From Phoronis australis (taxonomy: Eukaryota > Animalia > Phoronida): a stretch of 64,000 nucleotides of DNA. How positions within the stretch are numbered: position 1 is the stretch's first letter; each line of letters starts with the position of its first letter. The notes under the pieces were generated by a model that was not told where the DNA came from, did not search any database, and was given only the letters and a program-made list of their open reading frames with translations. Location: assembly GCA_002633005.1 (NCBI GenBank), contig NMRA01000395.1, positions 292,994 to 356,993 on the forward strand. The letters run 5' to 3'. Both the position numbers and the translations under genes were made by a program. This document shows, in pieces, positions 63,360 to 64,000 of the stretch.

Positions 63360-64000
63360 GAGTACTCTACAGTCGATAACATCTTTAACCTACAGAGTAT
63401 CATTCAGAGACATGTCACTAAACGGAAGGGGAAAGTGCATTGCGAATTCATTGATTTCAGTAAGGCATTTGATAGTGTAAATATTTCCCATTTACTTTAT
63501 GCCCTATTAACCAAAGGTTTGCATGGAAAATGTTTCACATTTTGTGCACTATGTACAGCTCTATACAATTGTGCGTTATGGTACAGTCACAGACCACGCC
63601 CTATTTCAACTGTACAGTCACAGACCACGCCCTATTTCAACTGTACAGTCACAGACCACGCCCTATTTCAACTGTACAGTCACAGACCACGCCCTATTTT
63701 AATTGTGCAGTTGGTCTCCAGCAAGGATGTGTTTTAAATCCCTGGGTGTTCTCGGAGTTAGCACACTGGTATCTGATATTAGAAAAAAATGTAAGCAGAT
63801 GTATACGCGTCTCCCCAGGTTGTGATATAGGTTCTCTGTTTTTTGCAGATTATTTAGTGCTGGTTTCAAATACTGTTGATGGGCTACAGATGAAGCTCAA
63901 TGTTCTCGATAAGTTTTGACGAGATTGGAACTTGCAAGTTAATTTGAAGAAAACAAATGTGGTATTTAAGCGAGGCGGCATACATTAAAAGACTGAAAAT
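63360..64000 (+). mobile_element. Decayed non-LTR (LINE) reverse transcriptase fragment with an internal 31-bp tandem repeat (63581-63700)
   Basis: FIDFSKAFDSV, GLQQGCVLNP, LFFADYLVL, GLQMKLN and WNLQVNLKKT. Confidence 0.85.

Overview
AT-rich, intron- and repeat-rich animal genomic DNA, probably from a marine invertebrate; no prokaryotic features or CRISPR. Most of the window (1647-55380, + strand) is the 3' part of an R3-type receptor protein tyrosine phosphatase gene (PTPRB/Ptp10D-like). I rebuilt it exon by exon from splice sites and phases: FN3 and membrane-proximal ectodomain, juxtamembrane region, a single catalytic domain ([21 protein letters not shown]-loop) and a YEN tail. The transmembrane exon was not found and probably lies in an assembly break. 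A HECT E3 ligase gene ends tail-to-tail with it on the - strand (59655-60504). The introns hold a near-complete Ngaro-type tyrosine-recombinase retrotransposon with an SGNH hydrolase, a decayed Gypsy element, Kolobok-like THAP elements, TA-target MITEs, Penelope, piggyBac and LINE fragments, a 1.7-kb foldback element with two convergent tRNA-like promoters, and many minisatellites. The main finding is that the exon encoding the WPD loop and catalytic Cys exists twice (39679-39830 and 43626-43777). Both copies are intact, 152 nt, in the same phase and about 52% identical in protein, so they look like mutually exclusive exons that swap the active-site core. Five splice sites of this gene also sit in or next to local tandem duplications.
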